From NCBI GenBank assembly GCA_964016885.1, contig OZ024746.1, forward strand, positions 100,688,001 through 100,752,000: 64,000 nucleotides of DNA, given 5' to 3'. Source of the stretch: Eledone cirrhosa (taxonomy: Eukaryota). The notes beneath the pieces are model-generated. The model ran no database searches, was not told the DNA's origin, and worked only from the letters and a program-made list of their open reading frames with translations. This document shows positions 14,428 through 27,260 of the stretch, piece by piece. Every line of letters begins with the position of its first letter. The first letter of the stretch is position 1. The position numbers and the translations under genes are program-made.

Positions 14428-14550
14428 ATTTAAATGAATGTACCACTAATTCAAGCAAATGTTCAGAATTTGCTACATGTTCCAACAATGATGGTGGATA
14501 TAAATGTGACTGTAATGATGGCTTTGTTGGAGATGGTTTCAATTGTTTGG
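14428..14550 (+). CDS. Exon B: calcium-binding EGF domain
   Basis: atgttAG|..|GTtggt; 123 nt, phase 1-1. (D)LNECTTNSSKCSEFATCSNNDGGYKCDCNDGFVGDGFNCL. Not in the ORF track; read manually. Confidence 0.93.
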
Positions 14551-14661
14551 GTTGGTATATTTTAATTTCTTTAAAAGTATGAGAGTCAAATTGCTTTACA
14601 ATTAAGATTTGAAAATTTATTTTCAGATTTCTTTTTAAATGTCTATTAGAATTGTTGTTAG

Positions 14662-14902
14662 ACCTACCTTTGCATCTCCACTCGAGTCCAAACTGAATCT
14701 CCCTGTGTGGATGTTCACTTGTTTTATGTCTAGCCAAAAAATACAGTCTCACACACACAATCATAGCACTCATGAACATGCACATCCACACAGTACTGTG
14801 TCCTGACCAAACAAGGCACAAAAGACCCATGGACTCTGATATGTCACTGGCCCCTCACTTTTGGCAAGACCTCCCCTGCATGTCCGGCACCCTAGCCCCA
14901 CA
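14662..14902 (-). repeat. 3' LTR (aligned part)
   Basis: ACCTACCTTTGCATCTCCAC..ACTGAATCTCCCTG..GGCACCCTAGCCCCACA, matching 17717-17931. Confidence 0.85.
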
Positions 14903-17643
14903 GGCACTCCCGATCTCAAGGATCAATCACTCCATGTCAAAGTCTGTCATCCATCTGGGTGAACGGTGTTCCCTTTGCGATCTCCACACAGTTGCGACAA
15001 CACTTTCATTCTCCACTTCTCCAAAGTCCATCAAATCAATGACTCTATGAACATCCAAGATGTGATGTAACATTCTGTCCACAGACATGTTGTTTCAGGA
15101 ATTTACAGCTGTTACCATTCCCTTTCGCCATTGAGATGTGCAACACACATTCAGAGGCTTGGTTCAGACTTCTTCACCCACTTGTAGGAATGCATTGTCT
15201 CTCTCTGCCACAGGTTGTATTAACATTCATGGATGTTACCATTCATATCTATATATTGCCCTATGTAGCACCAACTCCTTGACCTGTCCCACCTAAGGAG
15301 ACATTTTGTATCAGGACATCACCCCGATTGGTGAATTGTATCTCTTCTCCACCATGGCCTTGATCGTGCGATGGTGACTCTTCATGATTTCATTTCCACT
15401 CAATGTGTACGTCGCTCTGAAGAAGGGGCCCACATTCCACCCAACAGGCATCTCCTTCAGCACCTTTCAGCAACACTTTATCCACAGTGCCCCGCTCCAA
15501 CAATATCTCTTTCAGCATCCATGTGATTTCCTCCGGATTGCCATCTGCCCCTGTTGGTAGTGTGTCATATCCACTGCCAATCACTTCCAGTTTTGCTCCA
15601 CTGGGATGCTACCCATCTCGTGCAGCCCCAGGGTGGGTTTGATAGACTAACATCTGCCGCAACCCCCGACCACTTTCTGGACACTCTGTCTGCTAACGCC
15701 AGAGTTAACATTCCTGGATAGAAACAGGATCCTATCCACACCCATATGATGCATGGTACTCAACCTCCCCGACTCCCTCAGCCAACATATTGCAACTAAC
15801 CCCTTTTCTGCGTCCTCTGGTGCTTCCAACTAGGATTTCTTCACCATGGTTAGGATGTCCTCTCTATTTTTCTCTGAGGGCATGAAGACCACACTCAACA
15901 CTCAATAGCCAGCTCTCCCAGAGTTCCCAGGTGATACTTTATTAGCATTTCTGCTGCCCCTCTCATTTGCACCCTTCTCTCACTGGTGAGCACTGATCTC
16001 ACCCTTCTGGGGACAGTCGCCGAATCTCTATGGGACGCATCCCCCATCTGAGCACAGCATCCAACTCAGCCTTGTTGATGTGCTACAGTCCTCCTTCTTC
16101 CTGAGCCAGGCTGCGTCCTCGACCCCTACATCCCTATTTCCAGAGTGATCCCTAGTGCTATGCTGCTGACATCAGGCATCACACCATATGGTCCTGTTCT
16201 CCAATTTGGGTATGTACCAGCTTCCTCTTAATGAGTCATTCACCTTTACCCTCTCCAGGATCTCCCGCATCATGGCCACTGTCTTCTCTCCCACTCCGTC
16301 TCCCTAACTCTCCTCATCTGCTCATCTCTTGACATAGCTGCATGTTGTTTGGAGCCACCCCACGATTAGATAGTGACCCACCAATTTCCCACACATTGAA
16401 AAAAGTTCTTTTCTGTCCATGTTGGTGCCCAATTCCAGGACTTCATTTCCCCTCTGAAATGCCAATGTACCCATCTTGTCTCTTTGCAGCGTGAGTCCCA
16501 GTGCAGCTTCTCCTTCCCTCGCCTCTGGTGGTTTTGCAGTTAACCCAAACCTTTCTAAGTGGCTTGAGACCTCTGCTGCAGACACCACCGTCTCATCTAC
16601 CAAGATATCGTCGATGTAGAAATTGGTGGCCCTCTTCACCTTGTCCACCTCCCCCAGAATGGCCTTCAGAACTGTTGCCATGATCCTTGGTGCTAAATTC
16701 TACCGAAACCCCAGCCTGGTCAGTCAGTATGTCTGGCCCTTACACCTGACCAGCTGATACTGCCACAGTTTCTCAGCTACATGTAGCTGCAGTTATACCA
16801 ATTTTAAGTCGACAATCATGGAGGCCCCCGTCATTTGTCTCCACTCTCGCAAGGTTTCCCTACAGATATCTGTGACCTCACCACCTGTGTGGCATGACAC
16901 GTGTTCATTCAGTTCACGAAAGTCCAGCACCAGTTTGACCTTGCTCTTTGTTGGTTGCACTACTGCCATTAACAGCAACACTCCACTCTTTATCTCCCCC
17001 TTCCAAGGGATTAATATGCCCTCTTCAATCCATCTTTGCACCTCTTCCTCAAACTCACTTCTAGTACTCCCTATCAGGGTATGCTGATAGCATCTCACTC
17101 TGTTCTTCAACGTCAGGGTCTCTCCTTTCCAGTACTACTCAACTGTCCACTGCTAACCATCAAACACAGCCCTGAAATCCTGATCTTGTCTGGTATAAAC
17201 AGCACATTTTTCTTCATGGATCTCCCTGTTCCCCTGTTGCACACTTACGGCACATGGTGTTCCTGCATTACCAAATGTTACCCCATTCTCACTCACTGTA
17301 ATGCTTCTTAATTTGTAACGTAGCCAACCTCCAAATTTCCGTTGTGAACACATCCACCTGCTCTCCCGTCCATCCCACTTGCCAAAAGCAGTATAAGATT
17401 CCTCAGTGAATGCTTCATTAAGGCGCCGCTCTATCTTCTCCACGTTCAATTGGTTTTACTGGTTCATTTCAAGGTATAATGCTAATGTGTCACCATCAAG
17501 ATATAGTGCCATGAAGCCAGCCATATTTTTAATGCCTTGCAGTGTGGCGACCAATTTTATCTTTCTACTCCAGGAGATAACATCCTCCTCACTGCTGAAG
17601 GTTTTCACTCCATTGCTATCTATTCTTGTTTTCATTGCCATAT

Positions 17644-17931
17644 TGTCTGTGAGGTCAGAGAAAGTAAATAATAATAATAAATGATGCTGAAATTGTTTGT
17701 TGTAAGAAGCAAAGTAACCTACCTTTGCGTCTCCACATGTGACAGGACTGAATCTCCCTGCGCGGATGTTCACCTGTTTTTGCATCTGGCCAAAAATACA
17801 CTCACACATTCATAGCAGCCATGAATATGCATCTCCATGTGCTACTGCGCCCTGACCAAAGAGAGCATGAAAGACCCACAAACTCTAATGTTATGTCACT
17901 GCCCCTGCATTTCTGGCACCCTAGCCCTTCA
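17644..17931 (-). repeat. 5' LTR
   Basis: ACCTACCTTTGCGTCTCCAC..ACTGAATCTCCCTG..GGCACCCTAGCCCTTCA. On the - strand it is followed at once by TGGCAATG (PBS-like TGG overlapping the gag ATG). Confidence 0.8.
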
Positions 17932-18251
17932 AGAATAAAAGATAAAATGAAAAAATATCAAAAATAAGGGTCTCGTGCATCCGTAAAGGTGGTACATCAA
18001 TTTTCAGAAGGTTTTAGCTTTTGTTGGTGGCTAATGGGCGAAGTCATCACCAATGGTGAATCTTGCCTTCTGGGCTGCCTAGGTTGGATGTCTATGTCAT
18101 TAATAGCTAATGAGTCCTGTGATTGACACGTTGCATTCAGGACAGATGTGCTTGATAGATTGAGGAAAGGGAGCTCCACTAGTATGTACATAGGATGCAT
18201 GTGATAACAATTTCTGATGGGAAATATATCATATGATGACAAAGGGAAGGT

Positions 18252-21246
18252 ATCATCATCATCATTTTTACATTCATTTTTCATGCTTGCATAGGTTGGA
18301 CAGGTACTTCTCAGCATGGCATTTCTCCACTTGTCATATTCCTTTGTCATTTCCTCTGCCAGTCTTAGCGATTTAAAGTCAGCTTTCACAACCTCTGCCC
18401 AGATCCTTCTTTGTCTGGCATTTCCTGAAACTTCTTCACCCAATGATCATCGTCCATATGCATCACATGTTCATACTAATGCTATCTTCTCTCCTGCACA
18501 CTACCTTGGATTCCTTTTGAACCCAGATTCTCCCTCAGTTCATCCAAGCTCTGCCTTTCTCTCGCATCTACATTACACATTCAATGGAGCATGGTTGCTT
18601 CATTTCTCTCCAGTCTACACATTCCCTCTGCAGTCGCAGCCCATGTTTCACTAAGATGAAGCATTGCACTTTGCACACAGGTGTCCTTTTGTACGTAGGG
18701 AGAAACCTTTTGTTGTTAACAATGGGAGTAGCTCTCTAAACTTCTTCCATCCTATCCTTATTCTAGCTATCATACTCTCGGCACACTCTCCTCCATTGCT
18801 AATTAGATCATCTTGATAGCAGAAGCCACCCACATCTATGGTCTTTCCTGTTACTTGAAAAGGTTTATATCATTAGCAGTTTTCCTCTTCATTACTCATG
18901 TGCATCTTTTACATATAAATTTCTCTCTTCTTGTTAGTCTACTAGTTATCCTACTACATCTTTTGTGTACCCAAGATTTACATTGTGTACATTGTATGGA
19001 GTTTATGCCAACTCCTTTTCTATATATTGAGCAGGGCCACTTCCCTGAGGGAATCTGGGTGCTTTCCTACCCTCTAACACTTTAGTTTTGGCTAAGTTTA
19101 CTCTTAGGCTTTTTGATTCAAAATTCAGTTTCCATAATTAGAATTTAATTTCTAGTTCTTTTTGGTTTCAGCTATAAGAACCAAATCATCTTCATAGAAA
19201 AAATCCCATGGGCAGCCCATTTTGAACTCCTTTCTTATGGCCTGAAGAACTATGATGAACAACAGTGGGCTAAGGACTGAACTTTGATGAACTCCTACCT
19301 CTACCTTGAATTCCCTACTAAACTCATTTCCTACTCTCACTTTACTGACAGCTCCTCTGTACCTAGCTTGCACTGCTCTCACAAACCATTCTTCTACATC
19401 TAATTTCTTTATGGACCACCAGATAATAGATCAGGGTACTTTGTCAAAGGCCTTCTCTAGATCAACAAAAGCTAATATAGTGGCTTATTTTGGGCTAAGA
19501 ACTTCTCTTGTAGTTGCCTCACTAAAAAGTGAGCATCTATAGTATTTTTCTCAGACATGAAACCAAACTGCACCTCATCTAATTTGACTCTTTCTCTAAT
19601 TAGTTTCGCTATAACTCTTTCCATCACTTTCATAACTTGGTCCATTAGTTTTATTCCTCTATAGTTTAGTTACTCCTCTCTAGGGCATCACCTTTGCCCT
19701 TGTAGCATTTTACAATTGTACGGTTGTGTTAGTCATTGGGTATGACACCGTCCTGTATTACCTGATTGACTATGTGGGTCACTAGTTTCACTCCTACTTC
19801 TCCCGATGCCTTCAGCACCTCAGCAGTTATCTCTGATGATCCTGCAGCTTTACCATTCTTCATTTCCTTAATTGTTTCTTTGAACCTATAACTGTCAACT
19901 TCAGTAGCTGGCCCTTCTATTGGGTGGGTTGTGGGTAGTTTCTCTTTCTACCATTCATTCTCTACATTCATCAGTCTTTCATAGTAACATTTCTAGGCCT
20001 CTTTCTTTTGAGCATCACTCTGCTACCCCCATTTTTCCAGTCTTTCCAAGCCTGTCTCTTGAGATTAATGGCTCTATCCCCTGTGCTGTTCCACCACTAG
20101 GTCACCCTCTGTCTGGCTGGTGCTTTACTTCAGCCGCAAGTCTTGTCAGTAGTTCGCAAAAGGTTGTCATGTAGGAATGTCTAGTTGTCCTCTATGTTAT
20201 ATGTATCTAGCTCATCACCTCTCTCATCCACTGCATCCCGTAGGACCTTTCTAAACCTATATTTAACCAAAAGGTTAACTTCCACACCCCCATCTCCATA
20301 TTTTCCTGCATCTTGTTCTGTCTTTTGTTTATTTTGATGTCATAAATAACTAACTTGTGCTGGTCAGTGTATTCTTCCCCAGGGAAGGCCTTAGTATTTA
20401 TTACAGTACTAATAACTAACTTGTGCTGAGCGGTGTATTATTCCCCAGGGAAGGCCTTAGTATTTATTACAGTACTAATAACTAACTTGTGCTGGTCAGT
20501 GTATTCTTCCCCAGGGAAGGCCTTAGTATTTATTACAGTACTAATAACTAACTTGTGCTGAGCGGTGTATTATTCCCCAGGGAAGGCCTTAGTATTTATT
20601 ACAGTACTAATAACTAACTTGTGCTGGTCAGTGTATTCTTCCCCAGGGAAGGCCTTAGTATTTATTACAGTACTAATAACTAACTTGTGCTGAGCGGTGT
20701 ATTATTCCCCAGGGAAGGCCTTAGTATTTATTACAGTACTAATAACTAACTTGTGCTGGTCAGTGTATTCTTCCCCAGGGAAGGCCTTAGTATTTATTAC
20801 AGTACTAATAACTAACTTGTGCTGATCAGTGTATTCTTCCCCAGGGAAGGCCTTAGTATTTATTACAGTCCACTTGTCTTGTTGTCTAACAAGTAAGTAA
20901 TCAATTTGGCTTGTGTGTTCACCTGATTGATATGAAATCAGATGGTTGGCTGGTTTCCTGAAATTTGTATTGCAAATAGTTAATTCATTTGCATCACAGA
21001 ACTCCAGGAGTCTCAATCCTTCTTCATTCCTTGAGCCATAACCATATCCGCCATGAACTCCACTGAATTCATCCTGGTTCTGCCCCTTATGTCCATTGAA
21101 GTCGCCTGCCAAGATGATGAAGTCTCATCAATACCTGAAGTTGTCTGCAAGAGTTCCTCATAGAACCTGTCCTTTTGTTCTTTACCCAGTCCTGCCTGTG
21201 GAGCATAGGAAGTAATTTTGTTGGAGTTTAGGTTATTAGGTCTCAT
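18252..21246 (-). mobile_element. RTE LINE (APE + RT with PHD insert), degraded, 5'-truncated
   Basis: APE motifs SYAPQAG, AGDFNGH, CNTNF, SQIDYLL; RT motifs GVHQSSVLSPLLF, YEDDLV. (GAT)n tail read as ATCATCATC at about 18252. Confidence 0.92.
20346..20868. repeat. 66-bp tandem repeat (about 8 copies, alternating A/B units) inside the LINE endonuclease
   Basis: The unit encodes TVINTKAFPGEEYTDQHKLVIS. Variants GCTGGTCAGTGTATTCTT and GCTGAGCGGTGTATTATT alternate. Confidence 0.96.
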
Positions 21247-21474
21247 TAATAAGATGACACAGCATTGAGAGGATTAAAATGTGAATTTTTATGTCAATAA
21301 ATCCGAATCTCAAAAGTGCCTGATAAATTATTTGAATGTTTGTTTGAGATGTCAGAATCTGACCACTCCTTCAAATTCAGGTCATCAAAAGTATTCACTC
21401 TTATTATATTCATATATTAGTATACAACACACTTTTGTAAAGTATTATATTGTTTTTGTGATTTTGTTTTATAG

Positions 21475-21590
21475 AGAGACCTATCATTGATTATCACACT
21501 AAAGTTCATATGCAAGAGAATGTGTTATACGGACCTTATTTCATGGATCTGAAAATTTCAGCTTTTGGCCTTATCTATCAGAATATTTAT
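21475..21590 (+). CDS. Exon C: N-terminal part of the NIDO region
   Basis: ttttatAG|..|GTgagt; 116 nt, phase 1-0. (E)RPIIDYHTKVHMQENVLYGPYFMDLKISAFGLIYQNIY joins exon D as FG..Y..IYISGNG, the typical pre-NIDO motif. Confidence 0.85.
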
Positions 21591-21650
21591 GTGAGTTATA
21601 TTACAGCTATCTGTGCAAATCGACTGCTATGATACTTTACTAAAAACAAA

Positions 21651-22516
21651 TACAAGGTCTGTCAAAAAATATCTGACTTTAGACTGAAGAAAAATAATTA
21701 TGTACTTGGTGTGGTTCAGTTTCTAATCCTCTTTCAAATGGCCCCTTGTGTAACCATATGCTTGACCCAGTGATCTTTCAAAGCATGTCTGAAATGTTTC
21801 TTTCAGAATGGCTCTCAACTGTTCCATCACAGTCTACATGATGACCTCACGGCTCTCAAAGCTAGAGCCGTGAGGTGGCATCTTCATTTTTGAGAACAAC
21901 CAGAAGTCAGAAGGAGAGATGTCTGGAGAGTAGAGAACATGGCAAATGAGCAAAATTCCTTTGCCAAGAAATCTTGGATCAGCTTTGATGAATGAGTCAG
22001 TGTGTTGTCTTGATGCAGATGCCAGTTTTGTGAGGCCCACCAATCTGGCCTCCTATAATAAACTGCATCATTATGATGTCAGAGGACTTCTTGATTGTAC
22101 TCTTTTGTAACTGATTGTTCTTCTAATGTATATTTGTAATGTGCAACACCTCAGTAGCTGAAGTAAATAGTCAGCATTACCTTCATTTTGCTCCATACCT
22201 GACATGCTTTTTGGGGTATTGGCGATACTCAATGCTTCTACTATGATGACTGAGATTTAGTTTCTTGATCATACCCAAACATCTCCAGTTATCATGGTAT
22301 TCAGAAACTCAGGATCCTTGTTGGTAGTATTGGGCAAAATGAAAATGCAACAAATAAGTGGTACAGTATCTGACATGTTGCCTGACAGGGACTGATGTAT
22401 CTGGTGAGTTCTCCAAAAACCCTGCAATTCTACTCTCTACAGTTTTTTCTCTCTAGAATTATTATTTTCCATGGGGAAAAATAAAGTCAGATTAATTTTT
22501 TACAGATCTTATCGTA
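21651..22516 (-). mobile_element. Mariner DNA transposon relic with TIRs (internally deleted)
   Basis: Imperfect TIR: left TACAAGGTCTGTCAAAAAATATCTGACTTT, right AAAGTCAGATTAATTTTTTACAGATCTT. The - strand ORF has YSPDISPSDFWLFSKMK (mariner YSPDLAP-D motif). Confidence 0.85.
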
Positions 22517-22699
22517 TTTACTGTTTATTGTATTTATCAAATAAAAATTAAGCAAGTTAGTTGTGGTCTTTTTCATTTTACCCTTTATATGAACATGGTA
22601 TTAATAACATTTCTGGCTTCTTTCCAGACTTCTCAAACCTCCCCTTCACACTTTCCCTGGACACGTAAACAGCTCACACAAAGCAATCAACAGACTAAA

Positions 22700-23365
22700 A
22701 GAACTTAGGCAGAATACAGAATAGATATCCATTTAGTTTAGACTTAGTTTCCTTCTGCTCTCCGTCCAGCCATTGCCTTCATTATATACAACATCATCGC
22801 CTCGACCAACCTCAATTGGGTTCACTGCTGCTGACATCCACGAGCTGCTCTCTGTCATCATGTGCAACGCTGCCTTCCAGTTTGAAGGCTATGTCTACAA
22901 ATAATTTCAGAACTTCCAATAAGGTCAAGTCTCTCAGGCCTGCTGGCCATCATGTACATGGCCCAGTTGGAGCACTTATAACCTGCCACTCTTGCTCCTT
23001 CTTCATTGATGATATCCTTATGCTCACTTCATCACGTGAAGAAGCTGTCAAGATTTATGTTATCAAAAATATAGACGCAAACATGAATTTTGAGGTTGAG
23101 CCCCCCGACACCACAGAATCCCTCTCTCTACTCATACCAAGAGTCACAGTAAAGGGATCCATATACAAAGGGAACCATATACACCAAATTTTACAAGAAG
23201 GAAGCCTGCAGAGACATTTTTTGTGCAATTCTGCCCTTCCCTACAGAGCCAGAATGGCCTATATACAGAATAAGATCTCCCAGGTGTGCAACAGATGCAG
23301 CAAGGGTGGTGACAAACATACCAGCATGAACAAATTTGGTTGGGTGGTTCTCGAGTTTTAGGGAG
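22700..23365 (+). mobile_element. Penelope-like element RT/thumb fragment
   Basis: Across frameshifts: GLLAIMYMAQLE, FIDDILML, NFEVE..SLSLL, FYKK..IF, SALP..YIQN..CNRCS. This pattern is typical of PLE RTs. Confidence 0.65.
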
Positions 23366-23704
23366 ACAGACAAACAGACATTCTCTGTTTTAGATAGTGT
23401 AATGAATAAAAGGATATTTCAACTTTAAAACCAGAACTGTCAGTCAAGCTACTAGTTTTTAAAATGGCACTTAATCTCTACTTTTGAATGTTTCTTTATT
23501 TCTTTTATGATTCTTTGTGTTTACCTTTTCAAATGAAATGTCCTATTTCTTGATGATTCCATTTAGGGTTAAATGTCAAAATTGTATGAGAGTCAGTAGT
23601 TTTAGGTTGTATATTCAGCTGAAGTTACACTATATTCTTAACTTCATGTTTAGCGCCTACTAGTTCTATTCTTTAGTCAGATGATATTCTATTTAATTCT
23701 ATCT

Positions 23705-23934
23705 TTAAACCCTTTAGCATTTAAACCAACCATATCCAGCCAGAATTCTCTCACTTCTTTCTTTTCAAACCAGCCATAATTGGCCACTCATACTGACATT
23801 AAGGTATTGTTCTCAAAATAAATAACATCAAAATCTTGTAGATTCAATATTATGCGAGATAATTATGTGAGATAAAGCCTTTACCACAAAAATACAATAG
23901 TATATAAAGAGTAATGTAAATGCTAAAGAGTTAA
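23705..23934. mobile_element. piggyBac-type MITE (about 230 bp, unexpanded copy)
   Basis: TIRs CCCTTTAGCATTTA ... TAAATGCTAAAGAG, with TTAA at both flanks. Ends about 40 bp upstream of exon D. Confidence 0.85.
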
Positions 23935-23973
23935 TGTTAATCTGTTAAAAAATTATTTTATTTCTTATTGTAG

Positions 23974-24258
23974 ATCAGTGGTAATGGTTACATAGCTTTG
24001 GATGCAAAATCTCAAAGTTATCCACAACCATCAGATGGATCTTTTCCTCCAAACTTTACTACTTTTGCTCCCTTTTGGACTGCTCTTGATATAGCTGCCT
24101 CTGGCAAAATATTCATCGATCACTATAAATTTTGTGATGATAAACAAATATTAAATAAAATTGGTACCATGATATCTCCTTCATTTGATGCCAAACGAGC
24201 TGTTGTTGTAACATGGGAAAATCTATCTCCTTATCCCAAATCTGGTTTTGGAAATGAA
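23974..24258 (+). CDS. Exon D: NIDO domain
   Basis: tattgtAG|..|GTaaga; 285 nt, phase 0-0. ISGNGYIAL..FAPFWTALD..AVVVTWENL. Confidence 0.93.
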
Positions 24259-25074
24259 GTAAGATTTTAAAATATTTATTTTCATTTAAATTTATTAAAT
24301 ACACTTTAATCTTGGTTAATTTATTAATTTATTATGAAGTAAATTTTCATTTGATATAATTATTTTTTATTTCTTGACAATTCTTTTGAGATTCTTCTTG
24401 TGTCGATGAATGCAAGACCTTGTACACCATCATCAGTAGAGCTGCTGGTGGCTATATAGAAATTTGATATTAGAAAGAAAAGATGGGCTAAACTCTGACC
24501 CACACACACGAGAAACTGAAAAAGAGGGGTTGCCTCATCCGGAATACCTATGCCCCATTTCTGTCAGTGAATTTCCCCCTTTAGTTTTATTTAAATAAAA
24601 GCTTTGGGAAGTATTCTCATGAATTCTCTTTGTTCCCCTAATCTTCGTTATTACCAATTATCTGTTTACTTAAGCTTATTTAGAAGAATGTACCCTATCA
24701 TTTCAATGGATATTTCAAACACATGAAAGTAATTAAGTTACAAAATTTGAATCAATGAGGGCTGTCCCTTGCTTAATCAGCTGTATTGAACAAAGGAAGG
24801 ACACATTGAATGGAGCAGACAGGATTGTATAACTAAACATACAAAAATTTATTAGAATTTTGTTACTCTGGTTGTACATCTAATAATGTTTATAATATTC
24901 CTGACTTAATTCAATTTGTATCTTCAATCCTATAGAAACACTGATACATTTTATAGAAAGATCAAGTAAAAGATCAGCTATTTGCTGTCATGATTATAAT
25001 AATTGTGGCAAGTATTAAATTTTTACTATGTAACATTGGAGATAATGAAAATTATCATCCTCATTTGTTTTAAC

Positions 25075-25310
25075 CATAAATGCTGGTGCTACAATAAAAT
25101 GCACCCAGTCCATACTGTTAAGTGATAATACAAATGCCATAATAAAATCAGCCAATATATACTGTAAAGTGGTTGGTATTAGAAAGGGCATCCAACTGCA
25201 AAACCCTTGCCAAAATGAAATGTATGAACAAGATGTAATCATCTGATCTATGTAATCTCAAAATGTGATAACCCGTCCAATGCATGCTAATATGAAAAAC
25301 AGATATAAAC
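25075..25310 (+). mobile_element. Old short RTE-derived element
   Basis: GCACCCAGTCCATACTG..GTAAAGTGGTTGGTATTAGAAAGGGCATCCA..CATGCTAATATGAAAAACAGA; same family as 44410-44832. Confidence 0.55.
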
Positions 25311-25438
25311 TTTTTTTTTTATCAAATATATAATATGTAATTATGTAATTACAATTTTCTGAATTTCTATCTTCATTTCAATGAATAAATGTTGAAGGTT
25401 GAATGAAAACTTATGATTTCCTAATTTTTTCTTTCCAG

Positions 25439-25631
25439 ACCATCACATTTCAAAGCATTCTTGTTTCCAATGGAACTTTATTCTATATGATCTTCAACTA
25501 CGACAAAGATTTGGTAAAGCTAAATCCAGGTGCCAATCGAGATATTTTGGTAGGCTATAGTGATGGCAAAGCAAAAGCAGTTATTTTTGCTCGAAATAAA
25601 AAATTTTTCCAGTTACTTCAGACAGAAAGTG
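25439..25631 (+). CDS. Exon E: NIDO domain, C-terminal part
   Basis: ctttccAG|..|GTatgt; 193 nt, phase 0-1. TITFQSILVSNGTLFYMIFNYD matches the NIDO TFQ.VL.TDG..SF..FNY pattern. Confidence 0.93.
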
Positions 25632-26099
25632 GTATGTTGCCTTAATTATCATTTGTGTTAAAGTAATTTATAGTTGTTCATTAAAAATCAGCAGTTGAAA
25701 TATAATTATGAATATATCTGCATATAAAATCTCCATCAAAGAATACAACCTTTTATAGAAATTGAGTGTATGTTTTAAAAAAGTTAGTTTTGAAAATCTA
25801 GATATATAAGTACTTAACAGATCAATACAAATTTGGATCTGAAAAAATGCATAACTGTTTCATTTAGTTTTGTAAACAAAGAACACACACTCTTTTAGTT
25901 TGGGGATGATTAGTGTTTGAAGGAATGTATAATGATGAGTTAAATGTGGTAGTCTTAAGAAATGTTGGAAAGACCAATAGTAGTATTCTCACTATGGTTT
26001 AGAAGGTGTTAAGGAAAGTTTTCTATGATGGTATGCAACAGATTGAAGCTGAACACACTAGGCACCAAGATAATCGAAGGACAGCCCAACACCATTGTT

Positions 26100-27260
26100 A
26101 AATATGTTCACTCAACAGTAATAATGGGATTTTTCATCCAAGGCTGGCTTGTCCTCAGATCTGTCAACCAGATATTGGACTTGTATCACATATCAGAGAT
26201 GTGATTGATATATCTGAGGGATAGGGGAAATATCATCATTGACTCTATGGATAGTCAGCTAGAGTGCCTAGAGACCAAGCATGCAGACCTGACAAGGATG
26301 ACGGAGACCTTATGCCTCATCAACATGCACTCGTCATTCTGAGGAACTGATTTACTCTCCCCAAATTCCTCTTCATGCTACGCAGTGTGCCTTGCCACCC
26401 TCTAGCAGATTGACTTGTCGAATTTGATGCCACCATCCAACACTCAACTCGTCTGCAATGTTTGCACTCTTGACTTGGCACTGCCAGCCTTTCGTTCCTC
26501 AATATCCTCCAGCCATATCCACAACAACGAAATCTTCCACTAGACAACAGAACCTGACGTAGCCGAGGACCTGGAGTCAGCCCTGATTGATAGAACTGAC
26601 GAATGCCTTGTATACAGATGTCCAATGTAACTGGGACAACATCAAGTGCAAGTCCACCTTCAAGCAGATGAAGAATTCGATACTCAGCTGCCTATGCTCC
26701 ACCTTGCAATCAAACAGTGGTGCTTAGCTCCATTCAGTACTTTCCTCATCAACTAGCCTCCGTGTGAGTGAGCAACATAGATGCCACTGTGGTACCCCCA
26801 CCTTACTGAAGGTCAGCTCCGCCATCACACTGCTCTAAATGACATCATCAGAAGGAGCCTTGATGTAGCTAGTTTCCCTTCACAATTGGAGCTGACTGGC
26901 CTCAACTATGGCGATGGCAAACACTCTGATGGATTAACCCCTTTTGAGGGGAGCAAATTCTTAATTTGGGACACGACGACATGCAACAACTTGTTCTCTG
27001 CCTCTAGCCTTGTCCCTTTAGCCACAAACCCAGTCTCCACTTCCCGCAATGTAAAGAGAAGAGAGGTAGTCAAATACCAGGGTCTCACTGACTACTTTCT
27101 CTTTGTATGAGTCTCTGTCGAAATCTCTGGCATCCTTGGTCCCCTCGCTGTTGATTTCCTCCATAAAGACAAAAAGACGGCAGCCCGCTTGAGGTGGGAT
27201 GGCTGTTGCAGCGGGTGTCTCTGGCTATTCTCTGCAGTAACACTGTTTTGTCCACACAGC
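26100..27260 (+). mobile_element. CRE-clade-like non-LTR retrotransposon 3' relic (restriction-like endonuclease)
   Basis: HALVILRN..LPKFLFMLRS; RHHTALNDIIRRSL..GLNYGDGKHSDGLT..LIWDTT..KREVVKYQGL; LQRVSLAI. These are degenerate forms of the RH..LND / DGKRPDG / WD.T / K..KY RLE motifs. Confidence 0.72.

Larger units (their letters stand above)
14640..17931 (-). mobile_element. Compact (about 3.3 kb) Ty3/Gypsy LTR retrotransposon, degenerate
   Basis: Direct repeats at both ends. The - strand carries short gag-like sequence (17456-17640), RT (KLVLDFRELN; FYIDDILV), RNase H-like sequence and integrase zinc-finger residues (HHMGVDR..CGRC), in Gypsy order RT-RH-IN. Many stops and frameshifts. Confidence 0.88.

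Noticed and set aside
17960-18250. Higher-complexity segment between the LTR and the RTE tail (part of ORF 17997-18443)
   Set aside because: The ORF's N-terminal part is RTE C-terminus read through the tail. The remainder has no recognisable motif or phase-compatible splice sites.
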